A DNA stretch of 64,000 bases from the NCBI RefSeq assembly GCF_964204645.1, contig NC_134028.1, positions 3,224,001 to 3,288,000 of the forward strand, read 5' to 3'. Every line of letters starts with the position of its first letter. Position 1 is the stretch's first letter. Below are positions 24,701-36,471 of this stretch, piece by piece. Under the pieces are notes generated by a model. That model was not told the origin of the DNA. It ran no database searches and saw only the letters and a program-made list of their open reading frames with translations. A program made the translations under genes and the position numbers. Source of the DNA: Tubulanus polymorphus (taxonomy: Eukaryota; Animalia; Nemertea).

Positions 24701-27700
24701 CGTCCAGTGGAGACGTACAAGTAGAAGTTGATCGCGCTATTTAGGCTGAGGAACAAGCGGGCTACGTCGAAAGCGGTGCCGAGGGACGGGGCGAGTTGGG
24801 GTTTTATCGCGATCAAGCTCGATAGCATACCAGTAGGAAATAAACAAACTAGAAAGGCCGTAGATAAAACCAAAACAGTTACGGTTACTTTTCGGATCTT
24901 TTCGGATTTGTTTGCATCGGCACCTTGCAACGAGGTGGAGCGTTTCAGAACCAAAACAATTGAAAAATTGAAAATAACGAGTGTTGAAAATGGTAGATAT
25001 ATCACCATCGTCGACCCTCGTACCCAAGCGATACCTCTGCTTTTGCCGCTGATGTAGCAGCCGAATTTCCGGTCGTATTGCGTCACAAATAAATGAAACA
25101 AACCGACCGATAACGACATAAGTACGATGAAGACTATGATACATCTGGCGACCTTTTTAGTACCCATATCCCGTCCTTTAAAAGGGAACACAATTACGAC
25201 AAAACGCTCTAATGTAACTGCAACGACGCACCAAGAGCTCGTGGTGTATAATACATCGAACACGTATTCAACGAACCGACACATCACTGTCGACTTCACT
25301 GCGAAAACGAGCACCTTCGAGAAGTAATACGACATAACGTTTATCCAGATGATCATCGTGAAGAATACGATGATCGTGTCCGATACGGCTAAAGCTGCAA
25401 GATAGTTACTGTACGAACGGTGTCGCATTTTAGCCGTGCACATCGTTAGAAAGGACAACACGTTACCTACGATACCGAAACAAAATATCAACGGGCAAGC
25501 GTAGATATGAAGCTGCCGACTGAATTCACTTGATGGTGAACGCGGGAATTGCTGTATCGCTGGTGCTATATATGTTGGCGCCCAGTCTCTCATATCGGTT
25601 TCATTCATCCTCCTTCCCATTGGCGATTTCTGTGACAACAGTTTCCGCGATAACCTGCCGGATGGCTGGACGGCTTCGTGCGTTCGATCGAAATGAAAAC
25701 CAGCCAGTATTTCCTCTCGATTAAACTTATCATGAACTTAATTCAATAAGAAAGCGATTATTTCCGCTGCAATAAGCATCGTCCGTGGATAATACAAGTC
25801 TTTGTTTATTCAATCGGATTCATGACTTCTTTTATATCACTTTTCCCCAAATTTTGCCGCTCCGTTGGTTACACGTATTAAATCTATATATACTTAATCG
25901 TAAATACAGCTGTAATACACGCCTGAACGCGTCTTTGCGCGAGATAGACACGATACTATAAATAATTTCGTTTTCAATCGGACAGTTTTAAATCACATCG
26001 ATGTTTTTCTCAACCCAGGCTGTCAAAGTATGGGACACTAAAGAACACAGTTGTCTACAGACTGTACAGTTGAAATTCCCAACGAGCGTCCACAGCCGTC
26101 TACCAGAACACGGTTATTTTCCATGCCGTCTCATTCCACCTCCCGCTAACTGTCTCCTAGTCGCTGCTAATGATTACCTCGGACAACTCAAACTGGGACA
26201 GGTCGAAGAAGTCAAGAGCGCCTTGCCCGCTACACACGTCACACAGCTTTGCAGTGCCATTTACAATCCGTATTTTCGACAGGTAAGGTCAAAATGGCCC
26301 AGTTTGAAAACCAGTCATATCCAAAGTGAATTCAGTAAAAATGTTGTTGCTCCTGAACATAAACTGAGATTCCACTGTTCCATTGTTCCATACATCTTTC
26401 CAACAAAATAAAATCGGGGACTTTCTTTAAATTACATCGGCTTCTGAAATCTGAATGATCTAGGTTGTAACGGGTGCTGATGATTCGACGGTTGCAATTT
26501 GGGACGTCGATTCAGGGGGTAAAACGTTAGTATTCTCTAACGCTCACGGAGATGAGGAAATTACGTGTATGGTATTTGATAATACGTGGAGAAGGTTGAT
26601 CACTGCTGCTAGGAATGGCACCGTCAAGGTAGGGGCTGCGTTCTTGTTATCGGCAAACAAAGGAGAGAGAATCATAATAATAGTAATATTGATACAGTAC
26701 AAAAAGTAAAGACTAGGAGAGAAAAAAGAAATATACAAAAAAATCCATATTCACATGGAAAATAAGTATGTACAATTTGAATAATCTAAGGGCATACATT
26801 CGAAAGGTATCTAATTTCTACTAAGTTGAAAGTAAGGAGATGGACAAAACAGTACATAACAGTCAAAATATGCTTATAAACATTGATCAAAACTTTTTAA
26901 GGTCTGGAATTCCCAAAACGGTCACAATCTACACAAATTGGAACCTGTTGGTGACGTTGAAGTTACCGGTATTATACCACTAGCCGATAGACGTGTGATA
27001 CTAACCGTTGGCTGGAGTAGAAAATTGAGTGTGTACGACGACTCGGATCCAGATGTAAGTGATCTGGCATAAACCTGAGAGGATCAAACTTCCTTACATT
27101 CATCAACTACTATAGTTCCACTGTTTTATCAATAATTCTGGATGACTCCACAAAATTTTCCTTTACCTTTCATAGTTCTATCATTTTCTTTTCAAACAGA
27201 ATATGTACATCAAAGCTGATACGTCGTGGAAAGGAGGACAGGTTCACAAAGACGATATTCTAGCTATTGATTTCTGCCCTCCAAATCTTCTAGCCACAGC
27301 CAGCTATGACGGCGAACTGGTTCTATGGAGCACAGAAACAGAGAAAATGTACATGCGCTTACGAAAAGGGCAACCGTATAAAATGTAGATACCACTCTGA
27401 GATAAGTCCTGAATTTCCGAGGAAGTTTCACTAGATTTACTTTGATGAATGTTCGTTTCTCAATCAGGTCTCGACAGATGGAAAGTCTTCACGTTACTTT
27501 AGTTTCCAACAGTAGACCGAGCTCTCGGCCCGGGTCGAAAAACTCCCGTCCAAATTCGCGACATAGAAAATCCCACAAACCGGCGGAAGGGTAAATATCG
27601 AGTAGTCAACCGTCGATTATTTATTCTTCTTCAAGGTTCTTTTATCGTTGAATTGTTTGTTTCAAATAATTTCAGAGATCCAGTGCCCGTAGATAAATTA

Positions 27701-29921
27701 CTATTTCTACCTAGTCGATATAAAAACGCTAAACGAAACGATGGTGCTATACTTATATCAAGCGAGGCTGGAGTACTCAAATGGTGGAGTATATTCGGTC
27801 AAAAACACGAATTAGGTAAGAAGAATGCGAGAAAATGTGAAACCGTGGTGGGCGCTGGCTGGCAATGCTTTCATTAATGTATATGCACTTTTCGCGACAG
27901 GTGAATTCTATGCTCCTGATAAAGAAGATGAATCCGTGTTGGCAATCGATGCTGATTCCGATAATACAACTATTGCTACTGGTGACACACAGGGTAACAT
28001 TTCATTATGGGATATCGCAGATTACTGTACATTTCCCAGAGATATGGTAAGCTGTAGAAGGAAGCTTCATCTCCGAATCAAATGATTCCAGTCAATAAGT
28101 TGTGTCTATCTTTATAATTACAGAAAGTTACGACTAAACCGCCGCTGATTAGTAGCTGGAAGGCTCACGATAGTGCACTGGTCAGCGTTCAAATTATCGA
28201 CCACGATTGTGGTCAATTCGTACTGTCCGCTTCTACTGACAAGACGGCGCGTCTCTGGTCAATTGAGGGCTATTACATCGGTACTTTCGGCCAGGTAAGG
28301 TTTCTATAGACTGGACAAAAATCGTGCTCTCTGAATCATACGGGATCATTTTTCGGGAACTCTTTTCTTCTTAGAAAAAATTGTGGAACCTCAAGCGCAG
28401 AAGAACGTGGGCACACCCCAAAGATCCTTGGTCAGTTCTTGATAGAGGTTCGTACACGAGTGTCAGGACATTAATTATATTTCGAGTGGTTTGAATAATG
28501 TTAGGATCTAGATTTTTTTTCGTGGAGGAAAATTATCTTTAAGAAACCGTTGTAACAAAGAAGCGTATTCGTCAATATAGGTAAAGTTATTCCCGAGGGA
28601 GCCAATGCCGTGGACACCGATACGCCCGCTAACGCTGATCGACCAGACACTGACGATGACGACACAAACGAACAGAAAGAAGAAGCCGACGAGTCACCAT
28701 CACCTGATCATCTAGAAACAGATGGTACTAGACTCGACTTGATCGAGGAAGAACTAGACGAGGAAAACGATGATCTACCCGAACTGCCATCTGTTCATGT
28801 CTCATCAGATACTGATGACCAAAGACAAGTACGTAACATTCCGCCATTAGAAAAAATGAATAGTGTGCAACTGATAGGATTTCATTTGAACTGTTAGAGC
28901 TTCCGATAATATATACAGGACCCGATTCCACAGTTTGTGAGTTAGAGTTATCTCTGAGGGTTAAAATCAGTTCGTTTTTACTCAATATTCAAAATCAACT
29001 TAAAAGAACTGTTGAATTGGGTCGTGTACACCGATATTAAGCTTTGTACACCAATCTTATACCGGATAGAAAAACACATTATACCTTCTCACTGACACTG
29101 AAGTAGTAGTAATTATAAAATCTTCACTATTTTCATTTTTGGGAACGGTATCGAAGCTTGCAAAGCGACACATATAGTGTTTATCTTATGCCACCACGCA
29201 CTCATGCTTTGTTTTTAGAGGCTAAAATCTAAGTCACTGGATAGTGGTGGTACTGCTGAGACAGGGGATTTTGTCATCGCTTTTCACAAAAACCGATCAC
29301 AGACATTTGCATTTAGCTCCGACACTACACGACACAAGGTAACAAGTGGTTGTGCCGTATTCGAGCTCGAAGATATGATTATGGTTGTTCGAATTATCTT
29401 GAATTTTGCCAATGTATAACGTGTTTTTTTTCGAAACCCATTTTTTCGTAGACGCTATTGGGTATTCGGGCAGAACGCGATTTACTCCGTCAAAAGTTCA
29501 GTCGACAGGAACGTAGGCATTACGGTGATATCAACATCAAAACCATGTCACGAATGAATGGAAAAGTCTGCTCACCGTTTCAAGCTCTTGCGACTCCAGT
29601 AATTATTACAAAAAGTACGAAGATTTCATCTCTCGATATATTCCTTTTTCCTAATTTGTCGATTTCATGTGCGTATTGCAGGATATAACTGTGATACCAA
29701 TACCTAGAGGACTGCCAGTTACACCTCGAATGGTTAGTAGAGGTTACACGTCCACAAATATGGACGAGGATTCTCTACAGAAAATGGACTTGCGATATTA
29801 TTATCACGAAGGAGATGAACGGGGCAAAAGTGATGGACGAAGATCTCACAGACTACCGGCTATAAGAGGACGTAAAGGGCAACCTTCTGTGGCCACTATG
29901 TCCCGCGGCATTACGATGTAG
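18715..29921 (+). CDS. EF-hand + WD40-repeat protein of the WDR49/EFCAB8/WDY-like (cilia/flagella-associated) family, multi-exon
   Basis: EF-hand region CMNLQEFKDTIAEVLATDEYNDQLDKLFAKLDTSCDGYVDWNEFCTYMLL, then WD repeats (LVTGSPDHMVRIWNPY, LQGHLTGVIDV, VVTGADDSTVAIWD, LATASYDGELVLWS, IATGDTQGNISLWD, WKAHDSALVSV...LSASTDKTARLWS) and an acidic C-terminal tail. Stop at 29919-29921, AATAAA at 30095. The first exon is uncertain (see findings). Confidence 0.85.
20497..21447 (+). repeat. Near-perfect 478-bp tandem duplication in the first intron of the WD40 gene
   Basis: 20497-20969 and 20975-21447 differ at about 4 positions. The ORF track shows twin ORFs offset by exactly 478 nt. Confidence 0.95.
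24649..25620 (-). CDS. Intronless rhodopsin-class (class A) GPCR, peptide-receptor-like, nested antisense in a WD40-gene intron
   Basis: Seven hydrophobic segments with GIVGNVLSF (TM1), YLAALAVSD (TM2), CRF...SSWCVVAVTLERFVVIVFP (TM3, ERF for DRY), AFLVCLFP (TM6) and LNSAINFYLYVSTGREFR (TM7/helix 8). N-glycosylation site NET near the start. First ATG at 25620 (alternative 25608). Confidence 0.92.
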   Translation of the reverse strand: MGRRMNETDMRDWAPTYIAPAIQQFPRSPSSEFSRQLHIYACPLIFCFGIVGNVLSFLTMCTAKMRHRSYSNYLAALAVSDTIIVFFTMIIWINVMSYYFSKVLVFAVKSTVMCRFVEYVFDVLYTTSSWCVVAVTLERFVVIVFPFKGRDMGTKKVARCIIVFIVLMSLSVGLFHLFVTQYDRKFGCYISGKSRGIAWVRGSTMVIYLPFSTLVIFNFSIVLVLKRSTSLQGADANKSEKIRKVTVTVLVLSTAFLVCLFPTGMLSSLIAIKPQLAPSLGTAFDVARLFLSLNSAINFYLYVSTGREFRLAVIDLCKFCTKT

Positions 29922-30300
29922 GGAACGTTGTAGATTCTTAGATTCATCCCATTTTCTACAAACTAGCAAAATACCCTAAAGGGCTTGCTTGTGCAGGATT
30001 GGTGTTTGGCTCAGAATACGTTGCCTTAGCCAACAAAGATTTATCTAATTTTTATGTAAGTTGTTATAAAAATCTTTATAGGTTTATATTCATGAATAAA
30101 CTATATGAATTGTAAACACATCGACGTTTTGTTCATGGGGTTTTTGTATAGGATTGCAAATATTTTCACTTGAAAATACGTAATGCGCCGATCTGGGGCC
30201 TAAAACGGACAAAAATGACTAGACTGGTTGTTTTTTTTTGCTGAGCAAAACATACATACGCAGCTATGGTAACTTCAATAATATTTTACCGTTTACCACG

Positions 30301-31122
30301 ATGGATCTCGATGGATATTCTGACAACTCATCCAAGATAAAATACATAACACATAACCGTAGTAAAGATTTGGAAAGTTTTCCAAAGACAACTCGTAATG
30401 TAGTAAGAAAGGTTCTGAAAAGGCGTGAACTGCCAAAACCTAATGCCCCAATCTCTCTGATAGATTTATCAGCACCTTCAGATGGTCCTAATCTGCGACA
30501 AAGTAACCCCCGAGCAACTCCGAGAGACGGTAGGTTTAACCTATAATTGCATTGATAGCCGCTACTTTTCTGATTTGCCCCTAGAAAACGGTGCAGATCG
30601 GAAAATTGAGCGACGGACTTAAGAAGGATTCAAATTTTGGCTGGAATCTTTTATTAGCATTGTCTCACATGAACTACACACGACTGAATACAGTGGAAGA
30701 AATGAAACACATTCGTGTACCGGTTGATCAGGTCATCACCGTAATGAATAATGCCAGGAAATGTCCGTCTGAGCATGACGCTAAAGAAATATTAGCCATC
30801 CAGCACACATTCGCTAAAATTATGAAGTTATGGAGGCAGGCCGACAGGCTGAAGTCATTAGCTGCTCATTTGTTTGGTAAAGAATGGGTCAGTTGGTAAG
30901 CATTCGCATTCCGATACGTATTGAAACTAAGAGCGATGCAAATATATATCATTATTGATTAATTTCAGCAATTTGAAGAAAGGGTTCCGAAGAGTGGTTG
31001 CACAGGACTGCGCTGCTGCTGGAGACCAGGTTTCAACCCTTGTCATAGAAGTTGCCGTCGCTGATAAACATGTTGTATCACGGTGGAGTCGGTCTCGTCA
31101 TACCGGTTCAAAATACACCTGA
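30301..31122 (+). CDS. Hypothetical 2-3 exon orphan gene or pseudogene
   Basis: Exon 30585-30894 (GTAAGC donor) splices in frame to 30969-31122 (TTTCAG acceptor, TGA), giving ...HLFGKEWVSCNLKKGFRRVVAQDC...SKYT*. The upstream ORF from ATG 30301 joins in frame only through a weaker donor at 30403. No family recognised. Confidence 0.4.
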
Positions 31123-31753
31123 CCCCTCTATGTACGAACAATAATATTTCTACAAAAAATTCAAAATGTTTTCTTTTTTTCTGATTTTTTATTGATATGA
31201 TATGATTTATTTATCATACAAAATGTTTACAGAATTAATTAATGAATAATATACATACAATGTAATAATATCAGATGAAGGCCTGCCTCGAAGCATCAGT
31301 TGACTCGTACCAGAAAGCAGCCGAAAATTCATAATTTCGTAAAGATTTGTTTTATCATGAATTATAAAATATATTTCGATATCGAAACGCAATGAATCAC
31401 TCGAAAGTGATCACTGGAAATCGTGATTGAAAATAATTCACATCGATTCGAGGACCCTTCTCGATTTCGATCATCAATCTGCCCGAAAGTTGAAAGTGGT
31501 CAAGGAAGGAACTTGCTCTTATGGAATTACCTGATTTTGGTTTAGAATTAAACACCCTTTCTCATAATACACCATCCGATCGATTGCCTATGATACCCTC
31601 GAAAAGCCCGGTTAATGTGTCATCTTTGAATCAGTGTCATAATATTAGCTGTTCTGATTATTCATATCGTTTTGTACACGAGATTTAAGTGATCAGCTGC
31701 TCATTAACTAAAACGCGACTTCTAAGATCCCGTCGTCAGATATATCGAAACCA

Positions 31754-31781
31754 TGACGTCACGGTTTTCCTGTTTTATATA
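31754..31781 (+). promoter_or_regulatory. CRE + GGTTTTCC + TATA module upstream of cytokine-like gene A (copy at ~34678-34710)
   Basis: Palindromic TGACGTCA, then CGGTTTTCC (Rel/NFAT-like) and TTTTATATA. The module is conserved in both duplicates while nearby sequence has diverged. Confidence 0.55.
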
Positions 31782-31981
31782 TGAAATCACACCGGTACTG
31801 TAGTGTATGCATACACACAATACACAACAGCTGTATCGATCACTCGGTGGTCGGCGCGCAATGATATCACATCGAAACCAACACCGAAACTTTTATTTCA
31901 TTCCCGAATTCAGTATCGAAAGTTACAGTATAAATATGGCTCCGTCTTTCACCATAATCATAATACAAAACAAAAAGCAAT

Positions 31982-33369
31982 ATGAAAACATCTGGTCTTA
32001 TCCCGGGTAAGATTTATATTTCGTGGACTTTTCTACCAAACTTTAACAATTCAAAAGTTCAAATTAATCTCTTCTCTACTGAACTAATGGATTAATCGTT
32101 TTTACTTAAGATATGATTTTGGTGTTGAACATTTCAGTTCTTCAAATTGTAACAATATTTTTGATGAGCGGTTGTCTCGTCCAAGGACGTTCACTGTCGT
32201 CAGAATCACCCGTAAATCGTCCATGCGGTACACCCTTTCAATCACTACCGGAAAATACAACGACTGCTGATCCGGGTTGGGGAAATTATGTGCGTCGTTC
32301 AGGTGTTATCAGGTCGATGGTCAGCGATCTCATGCAGTTATATGTAAGTATTTCCGCAACTTCTTCCATGGTAAAAACAATTAATGTCTTTGTATTGATT
32401 TAGCTTCAATGTAATATTTATCATTTCATTCGCATGTTATTTTAATTTCTAATTCAGCATTAACGAAATCAATGTCATAAATTAAAATCAAAACTTAATC
32501 AACAATTCACCAAGTCCATGCCGCCCCGGTTAACATAATTCGTTTAGTTTTACATTGTACACAATTGAAAAAAAATTATTCAAATCAATCACTTTTAAAG
32601 CGTCAACGAAGGAACGTAAGTAGAAAAACTCATTGAAATTCTGGTGTGCTGACAACTTACCTTAAATTGACTTTCTACGTTACATGCATTTATGGGGTTT
32701 TAGAGGTTTTAGGTTTTAGGGTCACATGTTAAGTTGAAGTAGCCCCTCATTTATGTTAATTGGTCAATTGTATACATCCAAATTTACATCGTTTATAGGA
32801 TTAGATCGTTTATTTAGGATCATGTAATTCATTGAATGCCAAAATGTCAAAATATAAATCTAATGTGTAATATTTTCACATTTAAGGTGACCAAACGAAT
32901 CAAGAGTCAGTTGATAATCAGCTCTTATGACGTGTTCTCTATACCGGGATTTCCCCAGGCTCCGGTCATCACCAGTGTCACCGATCTGAACTTAAAAACA
33001 AACACGTTTCTCGACGATGCTTACAAAAACCTAGCCATATCGTACATGTATATCGAGCAGATTCTACTGGACGAAGAAAAACTTGTCGCTGAATCGTTCA
33101 GCGCTCGAATTACAGCACTTATGAAACGTATTAAAGAGGACATGCTTTGTTCATTAGCTATGGATCTGCATTCTCGAGGTGTTAAACACGCGTGGACGGC
33201 TGATGACATCGTCCCAAACCAATACAAGGACATCGACGACTTCTCCACACGCAACTTAAGAGACTACATAATATTGAGAGATATACGTAAAATTATTGAC
33301 TATCAAATTCGTGTCATGAACTACAAGAAGGACGTAAAATCCAACATCATTCCAGCTGCCGCAAATTAG
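31982..33369 (+). CDS. Secreted long-chain four-helix cytokine-like protein (Unpaired/IL-6-like), copy A, 237 aa
   Basis: Exons 31982-32006, 32138-32343 and 32887-33369, with GT-AG introns in phases 1 and 0. Translation: MKTSGLIPVLQIVTIFLMSGCLVQG/RSLSSESPVNRPCG...MLCSL...TRNLRDYIILRDIRKIIDY...AAAN*. Signal peptide present, amphipathic helices. The gene model is solid; the family is inferred. Confidence 0.8.
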
Positions 33370-33959
33370 TGTTTGCATTTGAAAACTGATGATAATATTT
33401 TGTAAATTCTCGTGAATCACCAATGCAACATATTTTGAACTCAATTATTAACCAATCATTTTATAACATGAAATATCGTATTTGCCTGTTATTTGTTTTT
33501 GTTTCGCGCTTTTTGCAATGAAAAATATTTGTCACTGTTTTACAACGTTTTATGGTGAATAATGTGGTGTTTTTAGTGTGTATCATTGTAGTAATCTGAT
33601 AATAAAAGATATATTTTTAGATAAATTCCTTTCTAGTTCGATCTCAGTTGCCATTTTCACGGAGGTGTTGCAGGAAATCGACTTCGATGAGCATGTTTCA
33701 GATAAAGGAATCAATTAAGAATGACATCTCGTAACTGTTTAACTATAAAATCCGATTCCTCATATCGCTTTTCACACTCGACGCGAAGCCTATCATCAAC
33801 TGTATCCGTGTGCAATGGAATTAGCGGTAATATTAATCTAACACTGAAATCGATAATCAAACAATTTTCTTTAACAAAAAAAACTAAATTTTCAACATGA
33901 CTTAAAGATCATGCAAAATGTGCTTTTGCCAGAATCGTCTATGATCTTTGAGAAAAGGA

Positions 33960-34076
33960 TCACAGGCTAACAGGCGACACAAGGTCACAGGCGACACAAG
34001 GTCACAGGCTAACAGGCGACACAAGGTCACAGGCGACACAAGGTCACAGGCTAACAGGCGACACAAGGTCACAGGC
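33960..34076 (+). repeat. Minisatellite (GGCGACACAAGGTCACA-based, 42-bp higher-order unit) at the duplication junction
   Basis: CACAGGCTAACAGGCGACACAAGGTCACAGGCGACACAAGGT repeated about 2.8 times. Confidence 0.9.
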
Positions 34077-34905
34077 GCTGATGAAACTTCACGAAGTTTT
34101 TCATTGAAATGATATGATTTATTTTTCATATATAATTATTACCGAATGAATGAATGAATAATATACGTACAATGTAATAATATCAGATGAAGAACTGGTT
34201 CGAAGCATCAGTTAACTCGTACCAGAAAGCAGCCGAAAATTCATAATTTCCTACAAATTCGTTTTATCATGAATTATGAAATATATTTCGATATCGCAAC
34301 GCAATGAATCACTCGAAAGTTGGAAATCGTGATTGAAAATAATTCACATCGATACGAGGACCCTTCGCGATATCAATCATCAAACTGCCCCAAAGTTGAA
34401 AGTGATCAAGGAACATACTCTTATAGAATTACCTCATTTCGGTTTAGCATTATAAACCCTTTCTAATAACACACCATCCGATCGGCTCATAGCCTATGAT
34501 ATACAGAGAAGCTGTTTAAGCGTCATTTTTGAATCAGTGTCGTTTTTATTTCCTGTACTTATTATTTATATCGTCTTTTACACGATATTAAAAGTGATCA
34601 GCTGCTCATTAACTAAAACGCGACTAGTAATTTCTATCCGCCAAATATAGATCCCGTCGTCAGATATATCGAAACCATGACGTCACGGTTTTCCTGTTTT
34701 ATATATAAAATCGCACCAGTACTGTAGTGTATGCATGCACACAGTACACAATAGCTGTATCGATCACTCGCTGGTCGGCGCGCAATGACATCACATCGAA
34801 ACCAACACCAAAACTTTTATTTCATTCCCGAATTCAGTATCGAAAGTTACAGTATAAATATGGCTCCGTCTTTTACGATAATCAAAATACAAAACAACAA
34901 GCGAT

Positions 34906-36471
34906 ATGCAAACATCTGGTCTTATCCCGGGTAAGTTTTATATTATGTGTAGTTTTCGACCGAACTTAAGTAAGTTTTATATTATGTGTAGTTTTCGAAC
35001 GAAGCAATTTAAAAGTTCAAATTATACTCTTCTCTACTGAACTATTGAACTAATCGTTCTTACTGAAGATTTAATTTTGGTGTTGAACATTTCAGTTGTC
35101 CAAATTGTAACGATATTTTTGATGAGCGGTTGTCTCGTCCAGGGACGTCCACTGTCGTCAGAATCACCCGTAAATCGTCCATGCGGTACACCCTTTCAAT
35201 CACTACCGGAAAATAAAACGACTGCTGATCCGGGTTGGGGAAATTATGTGCGTCGTTCCGGTGTTATCAGGTCGATGGTCAGCGATCTCATGCAGTTATA
35301 TGTAAGTATTTCCGCAACTTCTTCCGCAATAAAAACGATTAATGTCTTTGTATTGATTTAGCTTCAATGTGATATTCATCATTTCATTCGCATGTTATTT
35401 TCAATTTCCAATTCAGCATTAACGGAATTAATTTCACAAATTGAGGTCAAAATTAAATCAACATTCACCATATTAATCCTGCCTCGATTATCATAATTCG
35501 TTTAGTATTACATTGTACACAATTTTTAAAAGTTTATTCAAATTAATCACCTTTAAAGCGACAACGAATGAACGTAAGTAGAAAAGCTCGTTGAAATTAT
35601 GGTTTACTGACAACTAACCTTAAATGTAGTTTTACTGCCACTTTCTATCGGTGCATTGTATTATCAAATGTTGTATATCAATCCATCACAAAATCTATCA
35701 TTCTTTACATATATAATTCTAGCTCAATCCTCTCTGTTCAGACTATAAGACTTTCTATATTACATGCATTTATAGGGTTTTAGAGTCTCTAGTTTTTAGG
35801 GTTTTTAAGTTTTAGGGTTGCACGTTTCGTTTAATAAAAGTATCCTTTCTGTTTTATTTATCTTTGGTCAATGGTATATATTTATATTCATGTCGTAAAT
35901 AGGATTAGATCGTTTATTCAGAATCATATAATTTATTTAATGCCAAAATCTCAAAATATAAATCCAACGTGTATTTTTTACATTACAGGTGACCAAACGA
36001 ATCAAAAGTCAGATGATAATCAGCGCCTATGACATTTTCTCAATACCGGGATTTCCCCGGGCTCCGGTCATCACAAGTGTCACCGATCTGAACTTAAAAA
36101 CAAACACGTTTCTCGACGATACTTACAAAAATCTAGCCATATCGTATACGTATATCGAGCAGATTCTATTGGACGAAGAGAAACTTGTCGGTGAATCGTT
36201 CAGCGCTCGAATTACAGCACTTATGAAACGTATTAAAGAGGACATGCTTTGTTCGTTAGCTATGGATCTGCATTCTCGAGGTGTAAAACACGCGTGGACG
36301 GCTGATGACATCGTCCCAAACCAATACAAGGACATCGACGACTTCTCCTTACGCAACATAAGAGACTACATAATATTGAGAGATATACGTAAAATTATTG
36401 ACTATCAAATTCGTGTCATGAACTACAAGAAGGACGTTAAATCCAACATCATTCCAGCTGCCGCGAATTAG
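34906..36471 (+). CDS. Secreted cytokine-like protein (Unpaired/IL-6-like), copy B, 237 aa
   Basis: Exons 34906-34930, 35096-35301 and 35989-36471, with the same exon lengths (25/206/483 nt) and phases as copy A. 13 amino-acid differences by manual count, ORF intact. Confidence 0.8.

Noticed and set aside
31901-31908. TTCCCGAA as a STAT feedback site
   Set aside because: The spacing is TTC-N2-GAA, not the canonical N3/N4.
31936-32010. Upstream ATG (MAPSF...) as the start of the cytokine-like gene
   Set aside because: It is out of frame with the signal-peptide exon in copy A and not preserved in length in copy B. At most it is an overlapping uORF.
32694-32721. TTTTAGGG-like telomeric repeats in intron 2 of both cytokine-like copies
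   Set aside because: Only 3-4 degenerate units and not the metazoan TTAGGG array.
33902-34129. ORF with repeated SPVTLCRLLACDLV; CRISPR-like appearance
   Set aside because: Translation of a minisatellite. There are no unique spacers or cas genes, and the context is eukaryotic.
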